NCBI GenBank assembly: GCA_964199315.1
Contig: OZ116706.1
Span: forward strand, 5,828,001 to 5,892,000
Length of the DNA stretch: 64,000 bases
Reading direction: 5' to 3'
From: Orbicella franksi
Lineage: Eukaryota
Positions 1-10,554 of the stretch are shown here, piece after piece. The position numbers were made by a program, and so were the translations under genes. The notes beneath the pieces were generated by a model. That model made no database searches. It was given only the letters and a program-made list of their open reading frames with translations, and was not told the origin of the DNA. Position 1 is the first letter of the stretch. Each line of letters starts with the position of its first letter.

Positions 1-361
1 GCTCACTAGTTTTCTTGCCCTGTATTAGAAGGGATTTTTTCGTGGCATACCAAGTGCAGGTGAACAGTTTGTTTGTAAATTTGTGGGGATGTCCCTCGCC
101 AGTCGGTTGACTCCATGTTCCTGTGTAGCCCAGAGCCGAGAAGAATTTGTCGAGATCTTTTGCGCTGCCCGTCCATTCGAAACGACCCCCGCCTTTTCCT
201 GATATCCGTAGGAATTTAGATGAGTCCATTATTTTGCATTTGCTTCGTGCGTTATCTTCTCGATCGTCTTGGAATTGTTCCCGGGAGATCAGATGCTGCT
301 CATGTGATTGCCCTTGGATGAACTTGGGACACAAATAGAAGGTATTCTCTGATTGGAGTAA
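1..361 (-). mobile_element. Probable 5' part (ORF1 N-terminus) of a non-LTR retrotransposon, running off the left edge of the window
   Basis: Minus-strand frame is open from 361 to the window edge, first ATG at 229: MDSSKFLRISGKGGGRFEWTGSAKDLDKFFSALGYTGTWSQPTGEGHPHKFTNKLFTCTWYATKKSLLIQGKKTSE. The W-x-G...L..F....G.WS.P.G...F.....WY.....L.IQGK pattern resembles, from memory, the ORF1 N-terminus of invertebrate L2/CR1-group LINEs. It is absent from the ORF track because its stop lies outside the window. Confidence 0.5.
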
Positions 362-424
362 CTACTGACGAAACCAACCAATCAAGTCCACGCCTTTTCT
401 GCACCTATCTCAATTAACCAATCA
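349..424. promoter_or_regulatory. Cluster of three CCAAT boxes between the divergent LINE-like ORF and TNFR gene A1
   Basis: CTGATTGG at 349-356, CCAATCA at 378-384 and 418-424. Motif match only. Confidence 0.3.
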
Positions 425-705
425 AAATGCATGTAGTATTTTGTAAACAAAGTCAAAATACGTTCATTCATAAAATTTCAGTCGTCTTACGTTTTAGCTG
501 TAACCAGTACAGTTGTAGTAAGATTGTCTTTACGGTTTACGTATTCGCTTTTTGACGTTTGAGTGTTCGTGCCGTATATCATTCCTTGAAAGAAGCCACC
601 AGAAACACATGATCATAACAATGCGATATGGAAGTTCCAGAATTCTTGCTGTTGAAGTCTTGTTTCTAGCCGGCGTTTCTTTCGTCGACATTTCGTTAAA
701 TGATC

Positions 706-3700
706 ATGACGCAGTCAGAGAAAATGGTGAGAAAATGTTTTCTTGATTTAAAAAAATCATCGTTTTTGTCGCCCTTTTAATATGTAATCAGCGAAAGTTC
801 TTCTGAATGTTCGCATTCCTTGTTTTCAGGTGGCTGACATAGGGGACGCAAGTGGTGTGACGCAGCAACCACGATCACCGAAAGTTCGTAGTTTTCCTTC
901 TTTTGATCTTAAGGTGGGTGGTTTTGCATAGAATATACCTCTCTGTTAGCGCCATATATCTTGTGGCTTGTTCTAATTTTGTGTTTAGGGACTACACATC
1001 ATGAAAGTACAATACGACGTAAAAATGCACGGATTGTGCTGAGTAATCACAGTTTATAAGCGTGCAGTTCGCACCAAATCTCATATGCAAGATCACTTTT
1101 TATATTAACTATCGATCGAATTTGGCCTTATTTCGAGGCAGAAACTTTTTCTAAGCGATAGTTTGTGCCAATATAGGTCTATTTTTTTAAAAAAATCGTG
1201 CTCTCATTGTGCTCTTAACACGCATCAAAATATCCCTCTGTTGTAGTAATTGCATCATTTTACTATCAGGAAATTAAATGTGACATCATTGGTTTATATT
1301 GTAAAAGATTGACAGATACTCTCTGATTGCTTACCATTTGTTTGAATAATCTGGTTGGATGACTGTTTGATAACGTGAGGGTTTAATAAGATGTGTTTTA
1401 AGGATTTTTAGAAATCGACAAACTGAGAGGAAGCCATTGAGATGGTGCTTACTATTTGGAATTTGATTTCCTGTATTTATTGTTTTCTGTTGATGAGAGA
1501 CTAGAAACTGGGAATTTCAGCCAATGGCTAGGAAATTTTCTGGCATTCCATTCAGAAATGGTAAAAGAGGAGTACTTGAGGAGGTAGTCTACAATTTGCA
1601 AACTGTTTTTCCACAACAGAACTGTTTCATAATACATGTATATTGTGTAGTTTCAGAAAATATCCATGCCTCCCCCACGGAAGGGATTTTTTCCAAGACC
1701 CCAACCCCTCTGGAAATTCCAATAAAAGCTTCACACGTTTCTTTAAATTGTTTGGTCTTACAGAACCCCCCCCCCCCCCCCAGGCAATTCCAATCCCTTC
1801 TGTGGGGGGAGTATGGATACGTGTATTTTCTGGACCTGCACATTTTGACTTTCAACTCAAATTTCAGGATTTCTTTTGGCCAAATGGTAAGCACTCCACA
1901 TCACTGTATCTGAAAGATAAAATGAAAATGAGTAAGCTGTTTTGTCATTTTGAGGGAGCACAGTACTGTGTAAAGATGTGGTGGTTATTTTTGGAAAGTT
2001 GAATAATTAACATGCATGCACTAATGGATGTTTTGTTTTGCAGGCATGTATTAAACATTTGACTGTGGTTGCCTGTCTTCTTACTATAGCATTTGCAGAG
2101 GTAAATGTTTTCGAGATTTTTCTTGTTTGCTTCTGACATGTTCTCAGGCAATTAAACTTTACTAATACCTGAAACACAGCCATTTCTTAAAAGGTACCAA
2201 GAAAGACAACCATTTCTGGTTTTTGGGTAATGTCAGGCTTTTAGCCAGATGGAAGTCCAGGCATCCTTTGGAAGGCCACTCTTTAAAGGAAATTGTTTTA
2301 TTTTTCATATATGTTGCCTTATAAATTGTTCATTTGAGCAGGCCCTTAATAGCACATTTTGGATGCCCACTTTTCAAATTCTGGCTAAAAGCCTGGGCAT
2401 CTTTGGATGTCATTAGTAACTATCTCCTTTTATGCTGAATAAGTGGCTTCTTTATGAATGCCAAGATGTGGCGGACAGTCCCTACTGAGACAGGAACTAA
2501 CCATGCAAAAATTGCATGCAGCCCTTAGCATTTAAGGCACAGATGTACCTTAGCCCAAACCCTAAACTACATTGTAACGTGGTGTTTTGAAGTTTTGACC
2601 TTTCAACACCTTGAAGGGATTTATACAAAAAAGAGCAGTAAAATCCAAAATGTCAGGCACCCTTTGGCTTGTTTTTGTGTGATTCATACTATTGAGATAA
2701 TGTCCTTAATATTATGCTTGTGTCAATATCCATTGACTAAGAATTTAGATAGGAGTAAATTACATACATGTACGTGTATGCATCATTATGCAAACTTTGT
2801 ATGTTGGGGTATAATTTTCATAATATATTTAACTTGCCTTAGGTTTCCAGGAATAAAAATGTTATCTTTTGGTTGATCAAGTCATCATAAAGCTACAGGC
2901 CAATTTGCCACATTTTCAGAATTGCTCTGACATCCTCATGTTGCATTCTGATCTGTATTTTTTTCTCCTTTTAAGCCTGTAAACGCTTGCAACTCTGAAA
3001 CTCAGTTCTTGGTGGAACATGAGGATGGATCAACATCATGTGAGGGTTGTCCATCTTGCCCTCCAGGGCAAACCCTTTCAACAGAGTGTGGGAAGCGAAT
3101 ACTATCAAGCGCTTTAATAAAATGTGAACCGTGCAAACTTGGCATGTCGTTTTCAAGTAAACATGGAACTTCTGTTTGTACCCCTTGTTCATCCTGTGCA
3201 AAAGATCAGGTGGTGGTGCAGAACTGCACTCTAATGAGGGACATCAAGTGTGACCAAAGATGTTATGGCAAGGACAGGTATATTTTACTTATTAACCAAA
3301 CACAGGGCTGTAATAGGAGAATCAACTAAAGTCCTTCTGGCACAGGCAAAGTGATGCATACAGTCTGCACAAGAAAAGGCTGAGGATGATGTTCTCCCAG
3401 TACACTCCCAAGCTTATGAGTGTTAATAAGGTTCTTCTACTAGCTGTTTGTGATATCCAGCCAGGCATTGACATGCATGTTGTATCCTAACTTGTAGACT
3501 CTGTAATCTGTATACAATAAGCTCTTATGATAATGTGCAAAGGTTTTTCTAATCAATAAATATTACTGACAGTGACTTTCAAAAATGGGGAAATGTTGGC
3601 TGAGGTTGTTTGATTCAATTCAAGTAAGAATTAATTGGATGGTTTTGATGATAGCTAGCAGGTGTCTTGCCAACAGATCTTGCCTGAGACCAAGCAGCTT

Positions 3701-6700
3701 TTGTTGAAAACCAAGTTGAGGATCTTTGATGTTAATAGCATTTCTTACTTCTACACATGCATCTGAAAAAACATTCTATTGTGTATTTTAGTGAAAATGT
3801 TTTGGGCAAATTAGTACTTACTAAGAAGGTGTAAGGCATGTGACCTTCAAATTCATTTCACATCAGCCTGACCTTAATAATCATGTGGGGTTTACTATAG
3901 TTACAAATGACACAGCAAATATATTAATACAAATGATGATGTTACAGAATACAGTATATTTTAGATATTGAAAGATGCTAATGCATATATGTATGCAAAA
4001 TTTCCATTTGATATTGTTTAAATCTGTTGCTTGACAGGTATTATGATGATGACAAGGGAGACTGTTTCCCATGCTCAAAATGTTGTAACGATGAGCAAGA
4101 TGTCGTGGAAAATGAGTGTAAAGAAAAACTGGGAACCCGATCAAACATGATCTGTTCTTTTCACAGCAGTATAAATCAATGTGATAAGTCAACAGCGTTT
4201 CCACAGGAGCCTACCACAACCATGAATCAGAGTGCAATTACCAATGATTATACAAGTCCAAGCCAGGGTTCCAAACGTGAAAGCACAGTACCACCCACTG
4301 CCCAACCCAATCATCATTTCACTCAAACAAAAACAGCAAAGCATCAGAACTTACTGATTTCAGTCACCATTCCTGTGGCACTGATATTAGCTCTGCTAAT
4401 AATAATAATTGCTGTTTATTTGTACATTCACAAGGCAAGACAAACATGCAGTTACTTGTGGTGCAATTGCAATACTGAAACTGGTGTTGCTGACATGGAA
4501 AATGGTGCATCTCCGACTTGTATTGTGTATTGTAAACCAACAAAGAGAAATCTAGGTAGGATTGCAATGTTTTACTAATTAGCATTTCTTAAATTATTTG
4601 CAGGTTTAGCTAGGCCGGTCCATATAGGAAAACCCTGCCTCAAGTGTGGCCCTAATGGCTTAGAGCTTGTGTGCCATACTTACATGTAGAACTTCCTAAA
4701 TATGGACCTGCTGCCAGCTAGAGGATAATGTATCCATATTACGCAGATGTTTTATGTAATATTCCTTTCTATTCTTTTATTAATTGTGTACTGTTATGTA
4801 CATGATGTGGTATAACATTTTCAAACGATCTTTTATTTCCTAGTCATTTCAGATTATGTTAGAGAGCATCAAACAGTGAGAATAAAAACTGTAGCAAAAA
4901 TAAATTTATACCATAACATACACCTAATTTTACATGTTGCAAGAGCTAAACGAGCCAATAATGCTAAGAAAAGCCTTGTATAGGATCTCTGAGTGATAGA
5001 TAAAAGGTTGTCATGCAGTCAAACAGATGATTGAATACAATACAATATATGTTACAAGCAAGTTTATTGCCTCAGCTATGCTGATGCATATGGTTTGCAA
5101 AGCTCTAGTCGACCGGCGTCGACAAAACCGGATCGGACCGGATTGGACCGGATCACGGATCGGATCACAGAAAAAAAAATGTTTTAAAGAAAAAAAAATC
5201 ACATCGTTTATAAGATAATAATAAATAAAAATAAAGGTGGAAAACTAAAATATGTTAAATAAAAATAAGAATCCCGAATTTGACGCAATGACATGTTAAT
5301 TACAGAGAATGATAAGAGGTCATTTAAAAAGCCACATAAGCGCCTAATTTACGACGAATTTAAACTGTAATGAACAGGCAGATGTAGTTATATTTGAACG
5401 TTAGTTGGCTTGAAGCTTGCGTGAACCTCCCATTCTCGTTTTTGAAATTGTTGTTAGTATCAGCTTATTCTCGGCTACTTTTTCGTGTCAGATGTGAGCG
5501 TTACAGTTAGCGTTACAGTTAACGAGAAAGCTTATGTACGAAAGCTTAAGGACATGACTTGCTTTAAAGGAGCTACGTCACGATTTGCGCATCTTGAAAA
5601 ATCTAGCCTAGTTTTTCAAGTTCGTCATTTGCAGTCCTCGTTAATCTTTGCCCTCCTAAACGATCCTCATTCCGTTTTGATTTGTTCTTGCCTCTTAAGT
5701 GCTTTCTATCCTAGAACACGATCATTTTAAGGTTTTATTCCATATAAAGGCACCTCTTTACGACCCTAAAAATGACTTTAAAAATCCTGACATAACTCCT
5801 AAAATGTTGTTTATTCTCGGGTTGCATTATCGTTCACATTATCGATGTTATTCCTATATTTTTTTTGTAAAACAGCTATATTTCCTTGAAATACAAATGG
5901 TCTGTTTCGTTTTATTCCAGTACGAAATATCATATTCCAAACTCACATCTTGTAAAAGTATAGACTTGTCTCAGAAACGGAAATTGTTTGAAATCATCAG
6001 GTGTTTAATTTTTTAGTGTTTTTAGTTTTTGTGTTTCGATTCATACGTTCGTCCTATTATTACCATGCTGACTCGTTTTATGGCAGTTTACCTTTGATGC
6101 AAGCGAATATACGAAATATCATTTATCTGAACTGCGGAGAAAGATATGAAGTCATGGTTGATCATCGCAGTCAAAACCCAACAGCCTAAAAAAAATTCAT
6201 CTGTGAGCAGCTCCCAGTTGGCTTGATATTATAAAAGAATAAAGGAATATCACACCTGAATTAAATAAAACGTTCTGTTCACAGTAGTTACTCTAATGTA
6301 ATTTGGTCAACAAAATTTTGAATTTTGAATCTTGAATTTTGAATTTTGAAATTTGAATTTTTTTTCCTTGATCCGATCCGTGATCCGATCCGTGATCCGG
6401 TCCGATCCAATCCAGGTTTTGTCGACGCCGTTTGTTGACTACTGTTTGAGTTAATTATTGCCATTAACGTTAAGGTTACACAATACCATTGCAGGTGCCC
6501 CTCAGAAGAAAATTCATACCTGTGTTTTTAAGGAAACTACCACAAACTATATATCAGTAGAAAGAGTATGAACTGTAGATTCTGGAACAAAATATCCACT
6601 GTTTTGGCCGTGCCTTTGTTGAGAAGAAAGAAGTAGGGAAACGGAACACGACTGATAGTCATTCAGCCAAATTAATTGGGTGTCAAACGAAGGCAGTGAT

Positions 6701-9700
6701 GTTTAAGGTCATTCCTCACATTTGCATTGCGCATCCTTACTGCGCATAATTTATGGCGTCATTAGCGCGCGCCTGTGCACGCGCATATTGAAAACATGAC
6801 AAATTTGCCTTGATATTGAGCTCTGTCAGTTGAAAAATGGCTCTAGCTCACCAACGAGCATGGGCACCCCAATTTTTTTTCCAGTCGTTGTAATCAACTA
6901 ATCATAAGCTTTGCGTGAGAAAAGACTGATCTAATTTCTATTGCTGAAAATTGAATAAATAAGAAAAATAGCAGATACACTGTGGGCTTTTCTATTTTGC
7001 AGTCGGTAACCACGTCAAGAAATTTGGTTCACATTTTTAATCAAGGATTTAGCTTTCTGTGTGAATCAAAGTTAAACGTTTATTTGTGTCCGACACAATG
7101 TATTGACTGTAGTTTAATGCGTGTTCTTATGAGTCCAGGCTTACAAAGATGTTACAATTACTGGGAATGCGTTCTCATAATAAGCATTACATAATGCCAA
7201 AATGGGGCATTTTCAATGCCTCACTGCTCCTTAATGAGCATGGGCACCCCCCGTTTTTATTTCAAAATTGAAGTTATCATATGACAAATATTCAGTGGAC
7301 AAAGTTTGAACAAAAATCCATTGTCACTTTTATTTCAGAGCAATTACCTTAAGTACTGCACAGTGTTAATCAGCAAGCATCAATCTCTCAATATGTCGGG
7401 GTTTTCCAGTATTCTTATTGGCTATCTTTTTATAGACTCATGAAGTTATAGTATCAAATAATTTGCTGATCCTGTTGCGTTCACGCCTGTCATAAGAGAA
7501 ATATCCAGGATATAAAAAATCCCCGACACACTTTTACTTCTCAATGCTTACGGAATGCTCTGGCTAAATTTCGTGAAATTCTGCCGATTCTACCTACCCT
7601 ATTAATTCATTGACAGAAATGGTATTCTCGCAACAAACTATTGCGAGTTATCGCCGTTTAAAGAGTTGTAAACATGTCACACGTTTACTTGGATGTATGT
7701 CAACAGAATATGTTGCCAACCAATGAAATCGTGGCACCCCTAGCATTCACAGGCGATTTTTGTGGGAATTCCAAGGCAATAATAGTGTAATAGCCATGTT
7801 CTCCTTGTTGAACTTTGGTATGCATCTATGGAGCAGTCAAATAATTATAAGTGAGGTAAGAACACGGGGTACGAGTATATGCACGATCCCTTGCAGCTGT
7901 CGGTCAAAGTTTTCTTTGTTTCTTCGAGAAATTCAGCTTTTGTCTTCTTAGGTCCTGGCTTTGATTTTTTTGCTGTCCAAGGACTTTTCTCTTCTCTTTT
8001 TTGGCACATTTCATGACCTCAAAGAGGAGTGATAGGTAGCATGGAAGAGCGAATCAATTCGAGAACACAGCTGTGAAATGGCGTGTAAACAAGAAAATGC
8101 TAATGAGGCCCTTGTAATAAGAGCTACCAGTCAAAGCCGTTTCGCTCAAAAAGCCGATGCCTTATGAGGATTATGACACCTAACTATTTTATTTACTTTT
8201 ATCACTAATTGAAGCTTTTTCCCTAAATAACTCGAGCACATTTTAAGATTTTACTGTAATTTTTTTGGGAACTGGATTTTGTAGCAACCTTTCTGTTTTG
8301 CTTATTAAAAAGAGAAATTCTACGAATTGCGAAAGTAGCACTCTCATTTGGTATTGTGTAACCTTAAGTTGACTCAGTTGCAAGTACTTCTTCCTCAACT
8401 GCAAGGTGTTGTTTCTTAATGTAGTACAGTATTCTAGTTTGGAAAACGTTTCCTTTGATAAGTTTGTATTTTAAATTATACAAAATGTGTTTGTATGCAA
8501 ATTATATCTAGATTGAACATTTTATGTTTATTTAGTGTAATTATTACAACAGATATGGTTGAAAAAGGGTCAGTGAAGAGTGACAAAGTTGAATGTGGCA
8601 TATTGTTCACAGAATCAAGGGAATTACTGTTAGGAAAGGTGCAGTACTTTATATATAATATTTGGTCATGAGTTTGAATAAACCTTTTTATAGTTTCTTG
8701 TGGGATTCTCGCCATTTTATAACTGCATAGTATATATATGAAACGAATCACAGATATGGTACCGCTGTCTCAACACAATTAAGAAAAAAATAATGGTTTC
8801 AACCACTGCCCCCCCCTCCCCCAATTGCCCTGGACATTCCAGTTTTTGCTCATGTGCTTTCCTTTAAAAATTTGGTTTTTGAGATTCCCTCCCCCTTGGA
8901 ATTTCCTAGAACCCTGCTTGTAATGGGTATGGATATTTCCTGGAACCACACATTGCAAAGAAACTGAGCATGCTAGCCTTTTCAAAAGGAGGAGTTGCAA
9001 AGTTGACTACAGATTGTGTTGTTTACCATTACTCCTAATAAATAAGCAAACTAAAGTGTATAATTATTATATTTTCTGTAGGGTAATCAAGAGGAACTGG
9101 TATGTTCTTGCCAACAAGGTGTGCAACAATGTGTGCAACAATGTGTGCAACAAGGTGTGATGTTTTGCTTAATTTGTAGAACTTTGAACTTCATTACCTA
9201 ATTGAAAATTAACTCAGGGTATAAATTACTCCCTGTTAAAATATTTTTGTATTTCCACCTTCTCAAGATTTCAGATACCAACGTAATTAGGTAATTACAT
9301 TAAATTCTTAATCTATTATTTAATGTTTGTAATTAAATAGCCTTGGAATGGCTGGGTTTTTTTGGAAATGGTGAATATTTAAATATCTAATCTAGAAGTC
9401 ATGGAGAAATTTTCTATGATTTTCAGGCAAATCGTAATAAATCTTTTTCTTTAGTACATACTTACTTGTTATGTCCAGTTTGAGCAAATATCTCTAGACC
9501 CATGACTGATTAGGGTCTGAATAGTGCTGAAAATGTAGTTTTCACTTGAATGAATTTGCTAATATGGAATTCAATGTTAATTCGTTATTTAGTTAGTACT
9601 GAAACTGGTGTCACTGACATGGACAATGGTGCATCTCTGACTTGTGGGATGCATTGTAAACCAACTAAGGGAAATCCAGGTAGGATTATAATGTTTCACT

Positions 9701-10554
9701 AATAAGTAGTTCTTAAACTTAAAATTATTTGCTGGTTTAGCTAGACTGGTCCATATACTTGTAGGAAAACCCTGCACCCGCAGCCTCGAGCATGGCCCTA
9801 ATGGCTTAGTGCGTAAGGCAGACATAATTACTTACTTTTGTGAATGGGATTGCCATTCTAATTTTTAGAATGTAACGTTTTTGTGCAGGAGTTAAAATCG
9901 ATTATGTTTGTTTTGCTGAGATAGTTAAGAACATCTGAACTTTACAGTAGTTTAAGTGAGCATTTTCTCCTAGGAACAAGTACACCCACTGTGTAATGTT
10001 AGCTGTAGCAAGATACGACAAAACATGTTTAATATTTTTAAAGAAAAATTACATTCTCTGGCTATGAACATGCAGTTTGTTTCAAGACTTAGAGCATTTG
10101 GCTGTCAAAGTACATACAATGCAAACTGAAAAAATCTTAGTGAAAATAAAGTTTTTTTTCAAAAGTAGATGAAACTATAAAGCAGAATAATGAAATTTTA
10201 CTAATCCCTCCACTTCATTTAATTTTTGACCCCTTTTTAGAGCCCAGCAGGTTACTAAGTGGCTTATTGAATGATGATCCTTATCTTCAAGAAATCTCAG
10301 CGCGTTTGGACGCCACTTTGGCAGGCGCTGGTAACTACCGAGCAGTTGCACAGAATTATGACCTCGATCATTACAAGATATCCTCAGTCCTTGAAAAGGA
10401 CGTCAGAGGGCCAACTACGGCACTTATTGAAAGCCTTGCAGCTACTCACCCAAAACTAACAGTTCATGAGTTTGCTGTTGTGGTGAGAAAAAAAGCTAAA
10501 AGAAATGATGTGGTTGAATTGCTTAAAGCATACGATTCAGGCAAAAAAGTATAG
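706..10554 (+). CDS. TNF receptor superfamily death receptor, subtype A, copy 1 (A1); EDAR/TNFRSF19/EDA2R-like ectodomain
   Basis: Exons with GT-AG boundaries: 706-726 (MTQSEKM), 2044-2100 (signal peptide ACIKHLTVVACLLTIAFAE), 2976-3277 (CRDs, CEGCPSCPPGQTLSTECG...), 4038-4555 (third Cys module, S/T stalk, TM ISVTIPVALILALLIIIIAVYLYI), probable 9593-9679, and 10241-10554 (death domain). Phases 0/0/2/1 match paralog A2. Small internal exons between 4556 and 9592 are unresolved. Confidence 0.88.
1642..1844. mobile_element. MITE (non-autonomous DNA transposon) in A1 intron 1
   Basis: Imperfect terminal inverted repeats: attgtgtagtttcagaaaatatccatgcctcccccacggaagggatt versus aatcccttctgtggggggagtatggata...ttttctggacctgcacatt. 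A related 3' half lies at about 8808-8954. Confidence 0.7.
5114..6430. mobile_element. ~1.3 kb non-autonomous TIR element with GGATC-type subterminal repeats, in an A1 intron
   Basis: Left end cggcgtcgacaaaaccggatcggaccggattggaccggatcacggatcggatc is the reverse complement of the right end gatccgatccgtgatccggtccgatccaatccaggttttgtcgacgccg. No transposase ORF inside and no clear TSD. Confidence 0.8.
5568..5800. mobile_element. Small MITE nested in the 5114-6430 element
   Basis: TIR aggagctacgtcacgattt versus the reverse complement of aaatcctgacataactcct (16/19 match), preceded by TTAA. Confidence 0.55.
6707..7348. mobile_element. Non-autonomous TIR element with TTAA target-site duplication (Kolobok/piggyBac-type TSD)
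   Basis: TTAA|ggtcattcctc ... gagcaattacc|TTAA. GG...CC termini with imperfect TIRs. Confidence 0.6.
8808..8954. repeat. Truncated copy of the 1642-1844 MITE family
   Basis: Ends in ...gggtatggatatttcctggaaccacacatt, similar to the 3' TIR of the 1642-1844 element. Confidence 0.5.
9112..9159. repeat. 12-bp minisatellite x4 (caacaa[g/t]gtgtg)
   Basis: Directly visible tandem array. Confidence 0.9.
9593..9679 (+). CDS. Probable A1 cytoplasmic exon made by duplication of the 3' end of the TM exon
   Basis: ttatttag|TT AGT ACT GAA ACT GGT GTC ACT GAC ATG GAC AAT GGT GCA TCT ... AAT CCA G|gtagg. It is 87 nt, phase 1-1 and open. It is homologous to about 4473-4555, and the homology continues about 130 bp into the downstream intron. 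Confidence 0.6.

Noticed and set aside
85-95. kB-like GGGGATGTCCC upstream of A1
   Set aside because: It is imperfect, lies inside the LINE-like ORF, and has no counterpart upstream of A2.
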